64,000 nt of DNA from Styela clava (taxonomy: Eukaryota): NCBI RefSeq assembly GCF_964204865.1, contig NC_135261.1:10602001-10666000 (forward strand), read 5' to 3'. The position numbers were made by a program, and so were the translations under genes. Under the pieces are notes generated by a model that made no database searches, was not told the DNA's origin, and worked only from the letters and a program-made list of their open reading frames with translations. This document shows, one piece after another, positions 24,006-37,721 of the stretch (the stretch's first letter is position 1; every line of letters starts with the position of its first letter).

Positions 24006-26654
24006 TTATATACATCTGACATATCTGAAGCATCCGTCATACTTGACAATGCGGTAGGATTTGTACGTGCTGAAATAGGATTATGTTAAACAGGAAAAAC
24101 TCTGATTCAATTCAATTACAAAACTAACTAAGACTTACCAGAATTGCTTGTAAGCAAAGCAATAAGAAGAAGACGTGGGCAACACGCATCGATAATTATA
24201 GGTGATCTTAAGTTCTCGAAGTTGCACACAGTATGTACATTTGAATCCACAAGCATAATGCTCCTTCAGATCACTGAGATGTTTCCCCCAGTCTTGTTCA
24301 ATCTTGGTCACTATGTCGGTGTGTTCTTTCTTCGTTTTCTCTTCGTAGGCGTTGTACAATTTTTGAGCTTCGTTGCCGAGTGGTTTGCCCATATAAAATT
24401 CAAGCAGTTTCAAATACTGTTCCGTTCTGAGTTGGGCAATCTAAACATTTTTGCAAGAATTATATAAATATAAATACATATTTTAAACAAAATGTCACGC
24501 TGTCAACCTTTTCCAATCTCTCTGTAATGCATTTCAGTCTTCTTTCAAACCGTTCCGATAAGCACTTTACGTAGCTTTCGATCTTTGTCTTTCTGGTAGA
24601 TAGGCATGTTGCATATTGTGCAACATATTTGCCAATTCGCTCATTGAGCCTTTGCTCGTGGCAACCAATCATGTCAGTGTATGCCTTGGAAGTGCGAGAA
24701 AGGCGCTCCCCAAGCTTTTTTTCATACTCTGCAATCGCTTTTTTCTTTTGTTCGTCCAATGATTTCTGATATTCTTCTAGGGAAGTCAAGTTATCTGCTG
24801 TGATGCAATTGTTTCTGGAAATATAAAGAGCAACTGAGCCAAATGTCATCTTATGATATACTTATTCACCGTGACACTTACTGTACTAAGTAATTTGCTT
24901 TATAATACGTTATCAAACATTTGTGTCTCTCATCAACAATCTTTTTGAAAGACTCCAATGCCTTCTGATTAGTTATTTTTGCTTGCGCATACCAATCATC
25001 ATATGTTTTCTTCATGGATTCAATTATTGTCTTAGCTTTATTATCAAGGTCTTCTTTGAATTTTTGTTCGGTGATATTAACTTCATCTTAAGTGTAATAA
25101 AAACATTAAATTCAGTGAAACATAAAGACAATTGAGCAAACGTTTTAGGACTTGCACTAACCGGTTACACATTTTTTCAGCTCCTTGTATTTGATTGTCC
25201 TGTATTGAAATTTGTAGGTCAAGAAACGGAAGCAACTTCTTTGGGTAGTAATTTTGTACGTCCACCATTTCCCGATACTTCGACTATAAAGAAAAAACCA
25301 AGAGTAGAATTATATTGATATATACTATTTACCTGCCATTTATTTATAATTACCAATTGGTGTAAAATTGACTTCTGCCAAAACAGAGAGTTCCGCCGTA
25401 TGCGCACTGATAAGCGCATGCGTAGCTTTTTACAAGTTCTCCGATAGCTGCAGTTAGCTTCGCGGTGTATTCGTCCAACTGTGTTTGATATGATAAAGTT
25501 TCTTTAGTTTTGAAAGCCGCCAAAACTGCATTAACGTCTGCTCCGTTCCAACCCTCAGAACCTAAATGTAAAGTTCCATTATGAATAAAAGTATGTGCAA
25601 AATTCGAAAGAATAGAAAAAACTTACAATGGGCTCTGTATATGAGTTTTTGGAACACTTCAGATCTTTGTTTTACGATGGCTTCCATGACACATTTATAT
25701 TTTGTCTCATACTCTGTCACGCGCTTTTCGAGAGCTTTTTTGTATTCTTCTATTTTAGCTAAACGAGTGTTGAAGCATGTAACAGACCTGAAATAAGAAA
25801 GGTTCGAATTTTTTGTTCTCTTGTAAACGAACTTTTGAACTTACAGTAACACACCTCTCGACAAGTTTTTTGTGATATTCCTGCACACAAGCGAATCTTT
25901 TCTGCATGTCATCGTTATAATTTTTTTTTGCTTCTTCCAACAATGAATCTAGTTTTGTATTATAATTTTCAATAGCCTTCTTGTTGGTCTCCTTCATTTC
26001 TTCTGACTCTTCCTGCAATCCCGTAATTCTAAAAATTCACGATGTTAGTAATTTGAGTAAGAAAAGAATACGTAAGAAAGAATTGTAAGAAGAAATACAA
26101 ACTTCAAATACTGCTTTGCATATTCCTCGATAGCGTCTTCGTGCTTTGTCTTTGCCTCGGTATTTTGATTTGTTGCAGTTTCAACCCAATCCCCCTTTTT
26201 TTGTTGCATATCAAGATATATTTTATCGGCCACTTCTTTCAATTGTTTTTTAACTTCAGTTTCAAAAACGGCCACCGTCATCTCTATAATACAAAAAATC
26301 ATGCCTCAAAATGTGTGTTTCTCAAATTATTCAGAAAAACATACAATTCAGAATTACCTTCGAATCCATCCTCTGTGCATTTCTCTCCTGGATAGCTCTT
26401 CAGAACATTAGAGTAATATTTCGTTGTGAACCAAGCAGGACAGTAGTAGCTTCGGAAACTGTAGCATCCGTAATTGATTCGGTAAAATTGTCCGACATTG
26501 TAAGTAACATATCCACAATGACTCGGTTGGTATAGAGCGGCATTGGCAACCTGTAAACATTATAATTTAGGCAAAATTGATAAAAAGAAACGAAGGGCAC
26601 TATTTATCAAATACTTACGGCCAAACAGCCTAGAAGTAACAATAAAATCTTCAT
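24006..26654 (-). CDS. Secreted 650-aa protein, copy 3
   Basis: Same exon structure; ATG 26654, TAA 24008-24006; no disabling change seen. Confidence 0.85.
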
Positions 26655-28890
26655 GATCGTCTTTATTCAGGTTGTTGAACAACGACTTGTCGAATCCCTG
26701 TTGTGCGCTTGTATATATGGGATTTCTTCCCTCTCTTCAAAATCCAAGTACCAGCTCCTTTATGTTTTAATGTTACTTTAGTGAGCTCTTATCTCGACCA
26801 CAATGATTGAAATTGTCAGAAGCGCAACAAATGTTTACCTCGAATCGCTATGCCGTAGTTATAACAGAAAGTTCAGTTTATTTCATTTAAATCTTCCATC
26901 ATTGTGCATTTAGTAAAAAGGTAATTGTTAATTAATCTTTTTATTGTGAAGTACATTATTTTTCAACTAATAAGATACCACTTCGACATAGCTATTCACT
27001 TCATCAGTACGCATTGTTTATATAAATATAACTTCAGGGTTGAAGATAGTTAGTCAATAGCTATTACATCCAATTGAACAGCATTACTTAAAAAAATAGA
27101 AGTTTTTCAACAACACTTTATTTTTATTATTCACTCTTTGGTATACGCATACAATTGTTTTAACAGCAAAATGTACGACTTTTGAATCATAGATTGATTG
27201 ACGTTCTCATGCTTGACAGCGTCAATCAATCAGAAAAATTTCCTGATCATATAAGCAATAACAATGTATCTGGAATAGCCATAATGAATGAACACTGTAA
27301 TATGAGTTATTCGGACATGGATTGTGCACACGAAGAATATTTCACTCGTTGTCAGTGGTATTGGAGTTGGGAATTATCTTTTCACCTCCAAAATGATAAA
27401 TCGGAAATTGGTGTAGAATACTCCAATTAATTTAAAAATGAATTTTATGTTCTGTTTAATTGCTGGCATTTAAACATGTATATATCTAACGCCAACGACA
27501 ACCTCTAAATGAAAAGATAACGATTGTATTAATATCGGGATCGACACAAAACAGGATTATACAGAACTCGACGACGTTCGTCGACAACACCAATAAAGTC
27601 GAAATATCCAGTTTCATAACGTTTCGTCATAGGTCTCAAAGTCGAAAATTTTATTTCCGAATTCGGAATTCTCAAAACATTTGAATCCTACTTCAATATG
27701 ATAAAGTTGGAAAGTACTAAATATTTTTAGTGTATTTCCATCATATTCAAAGCAAAAACACAAAATGTTGAGTTATAAATTATATTTTTAATCAAGAGCT
27801 GCCATATCCGTATAAATAATATCACAAATAAACCATTTGTTTTTGACGAAGCACTTATATCCTTATGTTAGAACAAGCAGTTTATTTTGAATATTCGTAT
27901 GCAAGTAAAACGTTGATGTTTCGATAGATTGATTGACGTTGTCATTCTCCGAGAATACTGAATCCCAAAAGAATATTTCAACTACTTACCTAGCATCTAG
28001 TGGACAGTTTCATATCGGGCGCTTTTAAATATATGGACTTCAAGATATTTTTTTGTAATTCGAGACAAATTTCCAAACATCATCAATATTTCCCGGATTC
28101 TCCTCATGCATAAATATTTCTATTTCTGAAAATATTCAATATGCTAATGTGCAGCTCGACTTTTGACGCGCGTCAAATATTGTTTGACAACGTCAATCAA
28201 ACTAAACATGTCATTGTTTAGATAATAGATGCTCAAAAATTGTAAGCAAAACAATGTTTGTGATTACACCCTGTAGGAAGTGGATAATTGAGAACCGAAG
28301 ATCAGCCATCATCAGAATTTGTTAAAACTCGTCAGTTGTCAAATATCATATTAATTAAAAGGCTATATCATGATATTAGTTCATGAAATGGTTTATTTTT
28401 ACTGCCTGATAACCGGTAACCAAGACTGAAACAAGCAAATTAAATTCAGAGGAAACCCTACAGACGACGATCAATCTGTTGGGGTAGCTTTGCTCGTACT
28501 GGAGAGCCTGCTGATGGGTTAGAAAACTCTCTTGGAGATTTTCCTGACTGGTAACAGTATTCGTCACCATCAATGACAAAGCGGTATCTCGAAAGTATCC
28601 TCGAAACAATTTTCAGGGGATGAATCATGATTTTGATCAAGGTGAACTTATGATGAATAATTTGCCAATAATTAAATCATGAATTGAAATACATATTTAT
28701 AACTGAACGTATTTGCAATCGTAGAGGTAGAAATTAATAACATACATATATTCAATTTAGAAAAAAAAAGGTTATGACCAACATGTCCTCATAATATCCT
28801 GAGCATCATTTTTTTTATCGTCACTTTTCAATTCCCCAAGTTTTACGTTAACTTAAAATAACCAAATCGGTCTGACTTTAGCACATTGTG

Positions 28891-31890
28891 GGGGAAAGGC
28901 AGGTTAGTTGATGCTGTAGTTTAGATGATACAGCGCTTCTCACGGCCGTGCAATGCACTTTAAGAAACTAATGCGCCACCTGGTGTTTGGCTAGAATATG
29001 ATCTTCCTTTCTGTTAGTCGTCTGACGATGTTGGTTGCAGCACGTGTAAAATTTTCGAAAAAAATCAATTTTTGAGATCTGGAGTGAAAACGTCAAATCA
29101 AGGTAAATTGATTATTTTTTCAGGCATTATAAATGAGCGATGCAAGCGAGTATTTCCTTGCAGTAGTGTATGATATCGCTTACATAACAGCCTACATGTT
29201 TCTGGGTACTGATTTGATTTCTTCCCACTACGGGCCTTTTTTTCAAAATGGCCACAGGTTGACTAGTTGATACAATCGTGGTTCCATTAGTTGATACGTG
29301 TATCGACTAACCCTGTTATTTATTCCATGTATTTTTTTAGCATATTTTTCAGCAAATATATTTTCAGACTTTCTTTTAACCGGCTTTTATGGTTTGCAGC
29401 ATTGTCAATATTTTTACGCTGCCAATATTGTTTTCAACGTATTTTAGGTGATGCCTCAGTTCTATAGAAGAAAAACAAACAGAGCCATAAGAACTCCCCC
29501 GGATGTGATGTCGAGGGCGGCTGACGATGTTGTTCGCGGGCGATCATTGAGGAGTGTAGCTGAAGCATTTGGCATCGATAAAATGACTTTGTCTCGTTTT
29601 ATAGCCAAGCGCAAAAATAATCCTAACGCAATTACAGGTTACGCTGCTGTTGCTCATGCACATTATGTTATTCCTCAGCAAATGGAAGAAGATCTGGGAA
29701 ATCATGTCAAACGATTGGCCGACATGTTTTTTGGACTCTCTCTTGAAACAGTGTTGTAAACTAGCTTATGAATTTACATTTCAAAACAAGCTGTATATGC
29801 CATTGTCTTGGAAAATCAACAAAAAAGCGGGAAAAGCTTGGTGGCTAGGGTTCAAAAAACGACAAAATCTTTCCATACGGACTCCAGAGGCAACTTCACT
29901 CGGAAGGGCGACTGCATTTAATCGTCACACGGTTGGTGAATTTTTCGACAACTTAGCACAGGTCATGGATGTGGACGATTTTCACCCTGAAGATATTTAC
30001 AATCTCGATGAAACCGGGTGCACCACTGTTCAAACCCCATCTGATATTGTTACAGCCAAGGGTAAAAAACAAGTGGGTGCAGCTACGTCTGCTGAGCGTG
30101 GTGAACTGGTTACGGTAGTCTACACCATCTGCGCCTCTGGTAATGTGCTTCCACCTATGTTTATATTTCCGCGCGTAAACTTCCACAACCACTTTATCAT
30201 TGAAGGGCCACCGGGCTGCATTGGACAAGCAACAAAGTCTGGCTGGATTAATGAAGAACTTTTTCTCGTTTATCTAGAACATCTGGTGCGCCAGACTCGT
30301 TGTACTCCCGAAAGAAAAATTCTTTTGATTTTGGATAACCACGAGTCTCATATTTCTTTACGTGCTGTTGAGATGGCAAGATCCAATGGAGTAGTTATGC
30401 TTACTTTACCACCTCACACATCTCATCGATTGCAACCGCTTGATAAAACGGTGTATGGTCCTTTCAAAGCCAGTTATAACAGAGCGATGGAGAGTTGGCT
30501 ACGTAGTCATGCTGGGAAAACTGTTACAATATATGATGTTCCTGGCATTGTAAAAGAGGCTCAAATGTCAGCAATGACATCGAGGAATATTCTATCTGGA
30601 TTTCAAAGCACTGGGATATACCCTTTCAATCGCGATATTTTCACTGATGCAGATTTTGCAGCTGCAACTTTGACGGACCGAGAAGTCGTTGGCGTTGATC
30701 GTAATGAACCAGGACAGTCCTCAAAATGCACGGATCCACTGACCCCAGGCTGTAGTACTGAAAATCGTTGCACTCCTAAACCGAGGGTTGATGAATCAGC
30801 GTTTCAGTTACAGAAAACGGGCAACCCAGATCCCGACTTATCAAATTCTTGCTCGTCGTACGTATCGCCAAGCGAGATCCAAAAAATCCCAAAAGCTCCA
30901 CAAAGAAAGACCAAGCGCTCCCGAAAAAAAGGAAAGACAAAGATTTTACCATCCACGCCTGTATTAAAAGAGATTTCCCTAGAGAATGAAAAAAGAAAGA
31001 AAAACAAGATATGCAGTTCGAGAAAAAAACTTTTCGCTACAAAAAATAGGAAAGTTCGCCCCCACAATACTAGCAATAGTTCAGAAGAGGAGTGTGCTGT
31101 TGTTAGATATGATGATACGACTGATGAAGATGAATTATCTGCAGAAGAAATTATGGAAGGTGATTACGTGGTTGTCAAAGTTGACGGGAGATCTAGAAAT
31201 GTACATTACATCGCTCGTATAGATTTGCTGGAAGATAATGAGTATGAGGGAGTTTTTCTAAAGAAAGTTTCTAGTCGAGTTTCTGTCGAAGGAGAGCACA
31301 CTGGTTTTGTATTTGTTCCAAATGAAGATGATGGGGCTTCATTCTCGCATGAGGACATAATATGCAGACTACCTCAGCCAACAATTCTTGCAGGATCAGC
31401 TCGGAGATGTGTTCGACTTAAATTTGATTGCGATTTGAGTAAATGGAATGTAAATTAGAGGTTGTCTACCACCATCCAGCAAACCATTTCGTTAAATGAG
31501 TTATTTGTTCTTTTTTATTTTTTTTGCCGCCGTTTCTGGTGAAACTTTCTCTCTCGTTCTTTTGAAACAAGTTATAAGTGATATTTGTGCCTCGTTCCAT
31601 TTCATTTTTGGAGTAATTGCCTGCTTTTAAAAACTTTATGCAGAGTGTATCAACAAAACTACCACTGCGCATCAAGTAACCTTACCAGGCAGGATATTTG
31701 ATACGTTTGACAAGAAAACTTTAGCGACTGTAAGCGCTAAGTTAGGAAATGACTGAGAGCCCCATTTTGTGGTCATATGTGAGGGACCTATAAATGAATA
31801 AATAGGACAAACCAGAACGGCGATTATTCGAACGGTATTTTTTATGGATCAGTAAAACTAAATTATGTATCAACTTACCTGCCTCTCCCC
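28891..31890 (+). mobile_element. pogo-superfamily (IS630-Tc1-mariner group, DD35D, Fot-like) DNA transposon, 3000 bp
   Basis: Left end ggggaaaggcaggttagttgatgc matches the reverse complement of the right end, ggggagaggcaggtaagttgatac, at 21/24 positions. Inserted at the TA of cacattgTAcagtt (empty in U2, U3, U7); right flank TA, left flank TG. Subterminal gttgatac/gtatcaac repeats near 29260-29310 and 31645-31705. Confidence 0.95.
29451..31458 (+). pseudogene. pogo DDE_1 transposase with a single +1 frameshift (about 668 aa if repaired)
   Basis: The N-terminal HTH region (SLRSVAEAFGIDKMTL...DMFFGLSLE) is in one frame and the continuation QCCKLAYEF...AGKAWWLGFKKR in the next, with an extra A at 29746-29748. 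Catalytic motifs YNLDETG, LILDNHESH, LQPLD (35 residues between D2 and D3). Probable 5'UTR intron 29103-29447. Confidence 0.9.
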
Positions 31891-34800
31891 TACAGTTATA
31901 CTATCAACTGCCGAGCAGGATAATGGTGTTTAGCACAACACCATCGTCGGCAATATATTGTGTGCAGGCATGCATCTTTCAAAAATCCCATATTTTATTT
32001 CACCAACGACCAAAATTTGATGAAAAATCCGATTTGTTAAAAAATCATCTAAATTAAGAAATGAAGACCTAAAATTGAACATTTCATATGACATTGAATT
32101 ATTTTGCACAAATCCTGGAATAACATAATATAAATATGTACGATTCATAACATGCATTAAGTGGGAAAACTGTTCTAATCATAAAATATTAAATAGCTGA
32201 TCCCACCTTTGGGGGTAGCCCACAGAATTTCTCTATTATTTCTCCTTTTTTTTAAGGGCTGATCCAAAGATGTCTATCTTGATTATCCGTTCATGTTGTA
32301 GTTTACAGGTGGCAAGAGTTATAGCTTGCATATTCTAAAATCGTTTAAATCTTCTAAACCATTTCATGATTTTTTTACACGAAGTAACAACAAACCATGA
32401 CTGGGAAAGTCTGCGAATCAAAGCTCCGGAAGGGTGAAATTGAGGGAAGGGTACGAGCAGGATATATGTGACTTGTGGGAAGGTATAGGATTCTGTATGG
32501 ATTCAATACTGTTACCGACAACAACAGATACCGTAGTTGATGTAGAACGGATCCACCGATTCACCGAACGGATTCGGACAGGCCGAACGGATTCACCGAT
32601 TTTCACAACGAGTAATGCAAGATCAGACTCTCAACATTCATTTATTTTTATTTTTTCCTGCCTGCTTTCACTTTTATGGTTGAACTTGAATGTCCAGGAA
32701 GAATAACTTATTATATTGATAACTGATAATAATACGTCTTTTGGCTTAAATATATAATTTAATTACCTCATTAATTAATTACCTTTTCTTTAATGTACTT
32801 TATTTCAGCTATCTGAGAATCACTCTACAATACATGAACTAACAACCTCTATTGACTTGAATAAAATACACGCAGTCAATACATCTTGCTATATGAAATC
32901 CTATTTCATAAATATATATACCAAATAGGCTATGATGGATGCTTACCTGCCCTTTCACCCCAATTAATTCATTTATATATTTTACCATATTTCCATGCAT
33001 ATTTTGAGGTTGTTTTTTTGAGTTGCGCCTAAAAGTGGTTTGCGTGTTTAAAACTATAATTTCACATGACATTTAACGGTATTAATTCCGAATGTCAACC
33101 CAGGTAGATCCAAATTTTAACTTCGTTCCATGACTCCAATATTAGGAAATCGTTGCGTCTTCAAAAAGTTTGGGTTACTACTGTTTGACGAATAAAGTTG
33201 AATAAAATCCAGAAAAACACATTTAGTGTTACAACAACGTACAATGTTTTTGAAATTTGTTCCGGAGAATACAAGCAAACGAACAGTAACCCCAACACCT
33301 GTTTTGCATAGTCGTTCCCGAAGTTGGCGATTAATCATCAGTGGCTTTAAAAAACTATAATGACGTCATATTGGATATAACGCATTGAGCCAAATAAAAA
33401 AATACCGTTGTACTTAAGTTTTCAATTTGTAAACTGAATTCATTAAGATCGGATGCCCTTGATTCTTCTGATTATATTCTCCAAGTTTTTGTTACTCTAA
33501 GTTTAGGTAATGTTTCCTAATTATCAATAAAATACCAGTCTTTCGAAACAGGAATGTACTAGAGCAGGGGTCAGCCTACGCCCCGAGGGCCAGATCCTGT
33601 CCGCGGAGTAAAATAATCCAGCACGCGATTCTTTACTGAATTATAGAAATCGGCTGTTTTGATGATTATATTCTTTACGTAACAGAATTTATTTTAAGTC
33701 ACGTGTAGACTAATTTATACTATAACCTAACAAGTAAATAAGTAGGCTACTCGTTTATTAATTATAATTAGACAAATGGCAACAAACCGCAGAATAGTTT
33801 ATGCTAAGTGCAAAGGGTTCAATGGCGCAGAAAATATTTAAATGAATTTTATTGAGATGAAGAAATAAATTTATATTTCTTTTTAAGAAATGTATCTTTG
33901 CTTGATTTTTATAAAAAAGTATCTTCTTGAAAGAAAACCTTACCCCAATTTGAGTGACAAATCATGCGAATAACTTTCTATCGATGTTTGGAAGTACATA
34001 TGTACGCGAACAATTATTTCAGAAAACGAACATTACAAAGAACAAGCTGAGAATTCGGATTAGTGATGCCCATTTATAAAATGTTTTTATCTTGGCTTCA
34101 TTCAGTGTCCCATTCAGAAAACGTTTCCCATTCAGTGACGTTGAAAACGTATTAAGCGGGTTGCAACAAAAAGTGTCACATTAAATGTCATTTGTAATTT
34201 TTCTTCTCAAGTAAAACGATTAAGTTGAGTTCACGAGTTGACGCAGTCTTCGCACGCTGCTTAAATCCTAAAATGTCAACATCTGATCTGATCAAAAAAT
34301 TGCGATTAATCGGCCATACCTTCGGTTTTTAACTTTCAAAAAATAAGTGTCACCCAACAAGACTCGCAACCTTTAGTTTTGGTCCACGAGCGACAAAAGG
34401 TTGCCGACATCATAAAGTTTTCTTATATGGTGCACAAATATCACCAGTATGTTATTAAGATATACTAATTGTGGAATTTGGCAATAATATGATTGTTCTG
34501 AGACATTCTTTTTAATATAATTCCATTTCTCATCCAACATTTGTCATTTCTGAACCTAACAATTTGACCTGTATTTCCCATTTTGATTTCTTGTGCATCG
34601 CTCAGAGTTTCATCTCAAGTTATCAATTTTTAGAAGTACAATTTCAATGAGAAGTTTGAAAGTATCGGTTGTGCTTTAATAGGGATTTGGGAAATAAATT
34701 TTCGGCACAACAGCTTTTTCTACTATTTGCACCCTGGCGTTACCGGGTCGCAAATAAAGGGGGTTACAAGGAGTATGAAGCATGCATGTTGAAAAATAAA

Positions 34801-35072
34801 GCGCCTTGTGCTTTGCGAAGTATGTAACTGATGTTATTGCGTGATACAATTTTACATGTAAATGTATAGATATAGTGTTCAATCCACACGTACTTTCAAA
34901 TCCCGGTCACCAAAGATGCCTCTAACCACATTATAACACTTCTATTTGCATTTGCTTAGAATTTATTGTCAATATCAGCAGATGGTAAAGGCAATTGGCA
35001 TAAATTCATCAGCCTAATCTAAAACTAAGATATTTCCATGGTCGTTTGTCGTTCGGTTGATGTCGGCGGTGT

Positions 35073-37721
35073 TTATATACATCTGACATATCTGAAGCAT
35101 CCGTCATACTTGACAATGCGGTAGGATTTGTACGTGCTGAAATAGGATTATGTTAAACAGGAAAAACTCTGATTCAATTCAATTACAAAACTAACTAAGA
35201 CTTACCAGAATTGCTTGTAAGCAAAGCAATAAGAAGAAGACGTGGGCAACACGCATCGATAATTATAGGTGATCTTAAGTTCTCGAAGTTGCACACAGTA
35301 TGTACATTTGAATCCACAAGCATAATGCTCCTTCAGATCACTGAGATGTTTCCCCCAGTCTTGTTCAATCTTGGTCACTATGTCGGTGTGTTCTTTCTTC
35401 GTTTTCTCTTCGTAGGCGTTGTACAATTTTTGAGCTTCGTTGCCGAGTGGTTTGCCCATATAAAATTCAAGCAGTTTCAAATACTGTTCCGTTCTGAGTT
35501 GGGCAATCTAAACATTTTTGCAAGAATTATATAAATATAAATACATATTTTAAACAAAATGTCACGCTGTCAACCTTTTCCAATCTCTCTGTAATGCATT
35601 TCAGTCTTCTTTCAAACCGTTCCGATAAGCACTTTACATAGCTTTCGATCTTTGTCTTTCTGGTAGATAGGCATGTTGCATATTGTGCAACATATTTGGC
35701 AATTCGCTCATTGAGCCTTTGCTCGTGGCAACCAATCATGTCAGTGTATGCCTTGGAAGCGCGAGAAAGGCGCTCCCCAAGCTTTTTTTCATACTCTGCA
35801 ATCGCTTTTTTCTTTTGTTCGTCCAATGATTTCTGATCTTCTTCTAGGGAAGTCAAGTTATCTGCTGTGATGCAATTGTTTCTGGAAATATAAAGAGCAA
35901 CTGAGCCAAATGTCATCTTATGATATACTTATTCACCGTGACACTTACTGTACTAAGTAATTTGCTTTATAATACGTTATCAAACATTTGTGTCTCTCAT
36001 CAACAATCTTTTTGAAAGACTCCAATGCCTTCTGATTAGTTATTTTTGCTTGCGCATACCAATCATCATATGTTTTCTTCATGGATTCAATTATTGTCTT
36101 AGCTTTATTATCAAGGTCTTCTTTGAATTTTTGTTCGGTGATATTAACTTCATCTTAAGTGTAATAAAAACATTAAATTCAGTGAAACATAAAGACAATT
36201 GAGCAAACGTTTTAGGACTTGCACTAACCGGTTACACATTTTTTCAGCTCCTTGTATTTGATTGTCCTGTATTGAAATTTGTAGGTCAAGAAACGGAAGC
36301 AACTTCTTTGGGTAGTAATTTTGTACGTCCACCATTTCCCGATACTTCGACTATAAAGAAAAAACCAAGAGTAGAATTATATTGATATATACTATTTACC
36401 TGCCATTTATTTATAATTACCAATTGGTGTAAAATTGACTTCTGCCAAAACAGAGAGTTCCGCCGTATGCGCACTGATAAGCGCATGCGTAGCTTTTTAC
36501 AAGTTCTCCGATAGCTGCAGTTAGCTTCGCGGTGTATTCGTCCAACTGTGTTTGATATGATAAAGTTTCTTTAGTTTTGAAAGCCTCCAAAACTGCATTA
36601 ACGTCTGCTCCGTTCCAATCCTCAGAACCTAAATGTAAAGTTCCATTATGAATAAAAGTATGTGCAAAATTCGAAAGAATAGAAAAAACTTACAATGGGC
36701 TCTGTATATGAGTTTTTGGAACACTTCAGATCTTTGTTTTACGTTGGCTTCCATGACACATTTATATTTTGTCTCATACTCTGTCACGCGCTTTTCGAGA
36801 GCTTTTTTGTATTCTTCTATTTTAGCTAAACGAGTGTTGAAGCATGTAACAGACCTGAAATAAGAAAGGTTCGAATTTTTTGTTCTCTTGTAAACGAACT
36901 TTTGAACTTACAGTAACACACCTCTCGACAAGTTTTTTGTGATATTCCTGCACACAAGCGAATCTTTTCTGCATGTCATCGTTATAATTTTTTTTTGCTT
37001 CTTCCAACAATGAATCTAGTTTTGTATTATAATTTTCAATAGCCTTCTTGTTGGTCTCCTTCATTTCTTCTGACTCTTCCTGCAATCCCGTAATTCTAAA
37101 AATTCACGATGTTAGTAATTTGAGTAAGAAAAGAATACGTAAGAAAGAATTGTAAGAAGAAATACAAACTTCAAATACTGCTTTGCATATTCCTCGATAG
37201 CGTCTTCGTGCTTTGTCTTTGCCTCGGTATTTTGATTTGTTGCAGTTTCAACCCAATCCCCCTTTTTTTGTTGCATATCAAGATATATTTTATCGGCCAC
37301 TTCTTTCAATTGTTTTTTAACTTCAGTTTCAAAAACGGCCACCGTCATCTCTATAATACAAAAAATCATGCCTCAAAATGTGTGTTTCTCAAATTATTCA
37401 GAAAAACATACAATTCAGAATTACCTTCGAATCCATCCTCTGTGCATTTCTCTCCTGGATAGCTCTTCAGAACATTAGAGTAATATTTCGTTGTGAACCA
37501 AGCAGGACAGTAGTAGCTTCGGAAACTGTAGCATCCGTAATTGATTCGGTAAAATTGTCCGACATTGTAAGTAACATATCCACAATGACTCGGTTGGTAT
37601 AGAGCGGCATTGGCAACCTGTAAACATTATAATTTAGGCAAAATTGATAAAAAGAAACGAAGGGCACTATTTATCAAATACTTACGGCCAAACAGCCTAG
37701 AAGTAACAATAAAATCTTCAT
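35073..37721 (-). CDS. Secreted 650-aa protein, copy 4
   Basis: Same exon structure; private missense changes at 35838 (Y>D) and 36744 (I>N). Confidence 0.85.

Larger units (their letters stand above)
28450..32706 (+). pseudogene. Decayed esterase exons 10-11 (U4), intron interrupted by the pogo element
   Basis: Same lesions as U2, plus a 3-kb insertion at 28891-31890. Confidence 0.88.

Noticed and set aside
29650-31458. 602-aa ORF as a complete active transposase or domesticated gene
   Set aside because: It starts at TTG with about 33 out-of-frame residues; the true N-terminus is in the other frame, and TIRs and target site mark it as a transposon.
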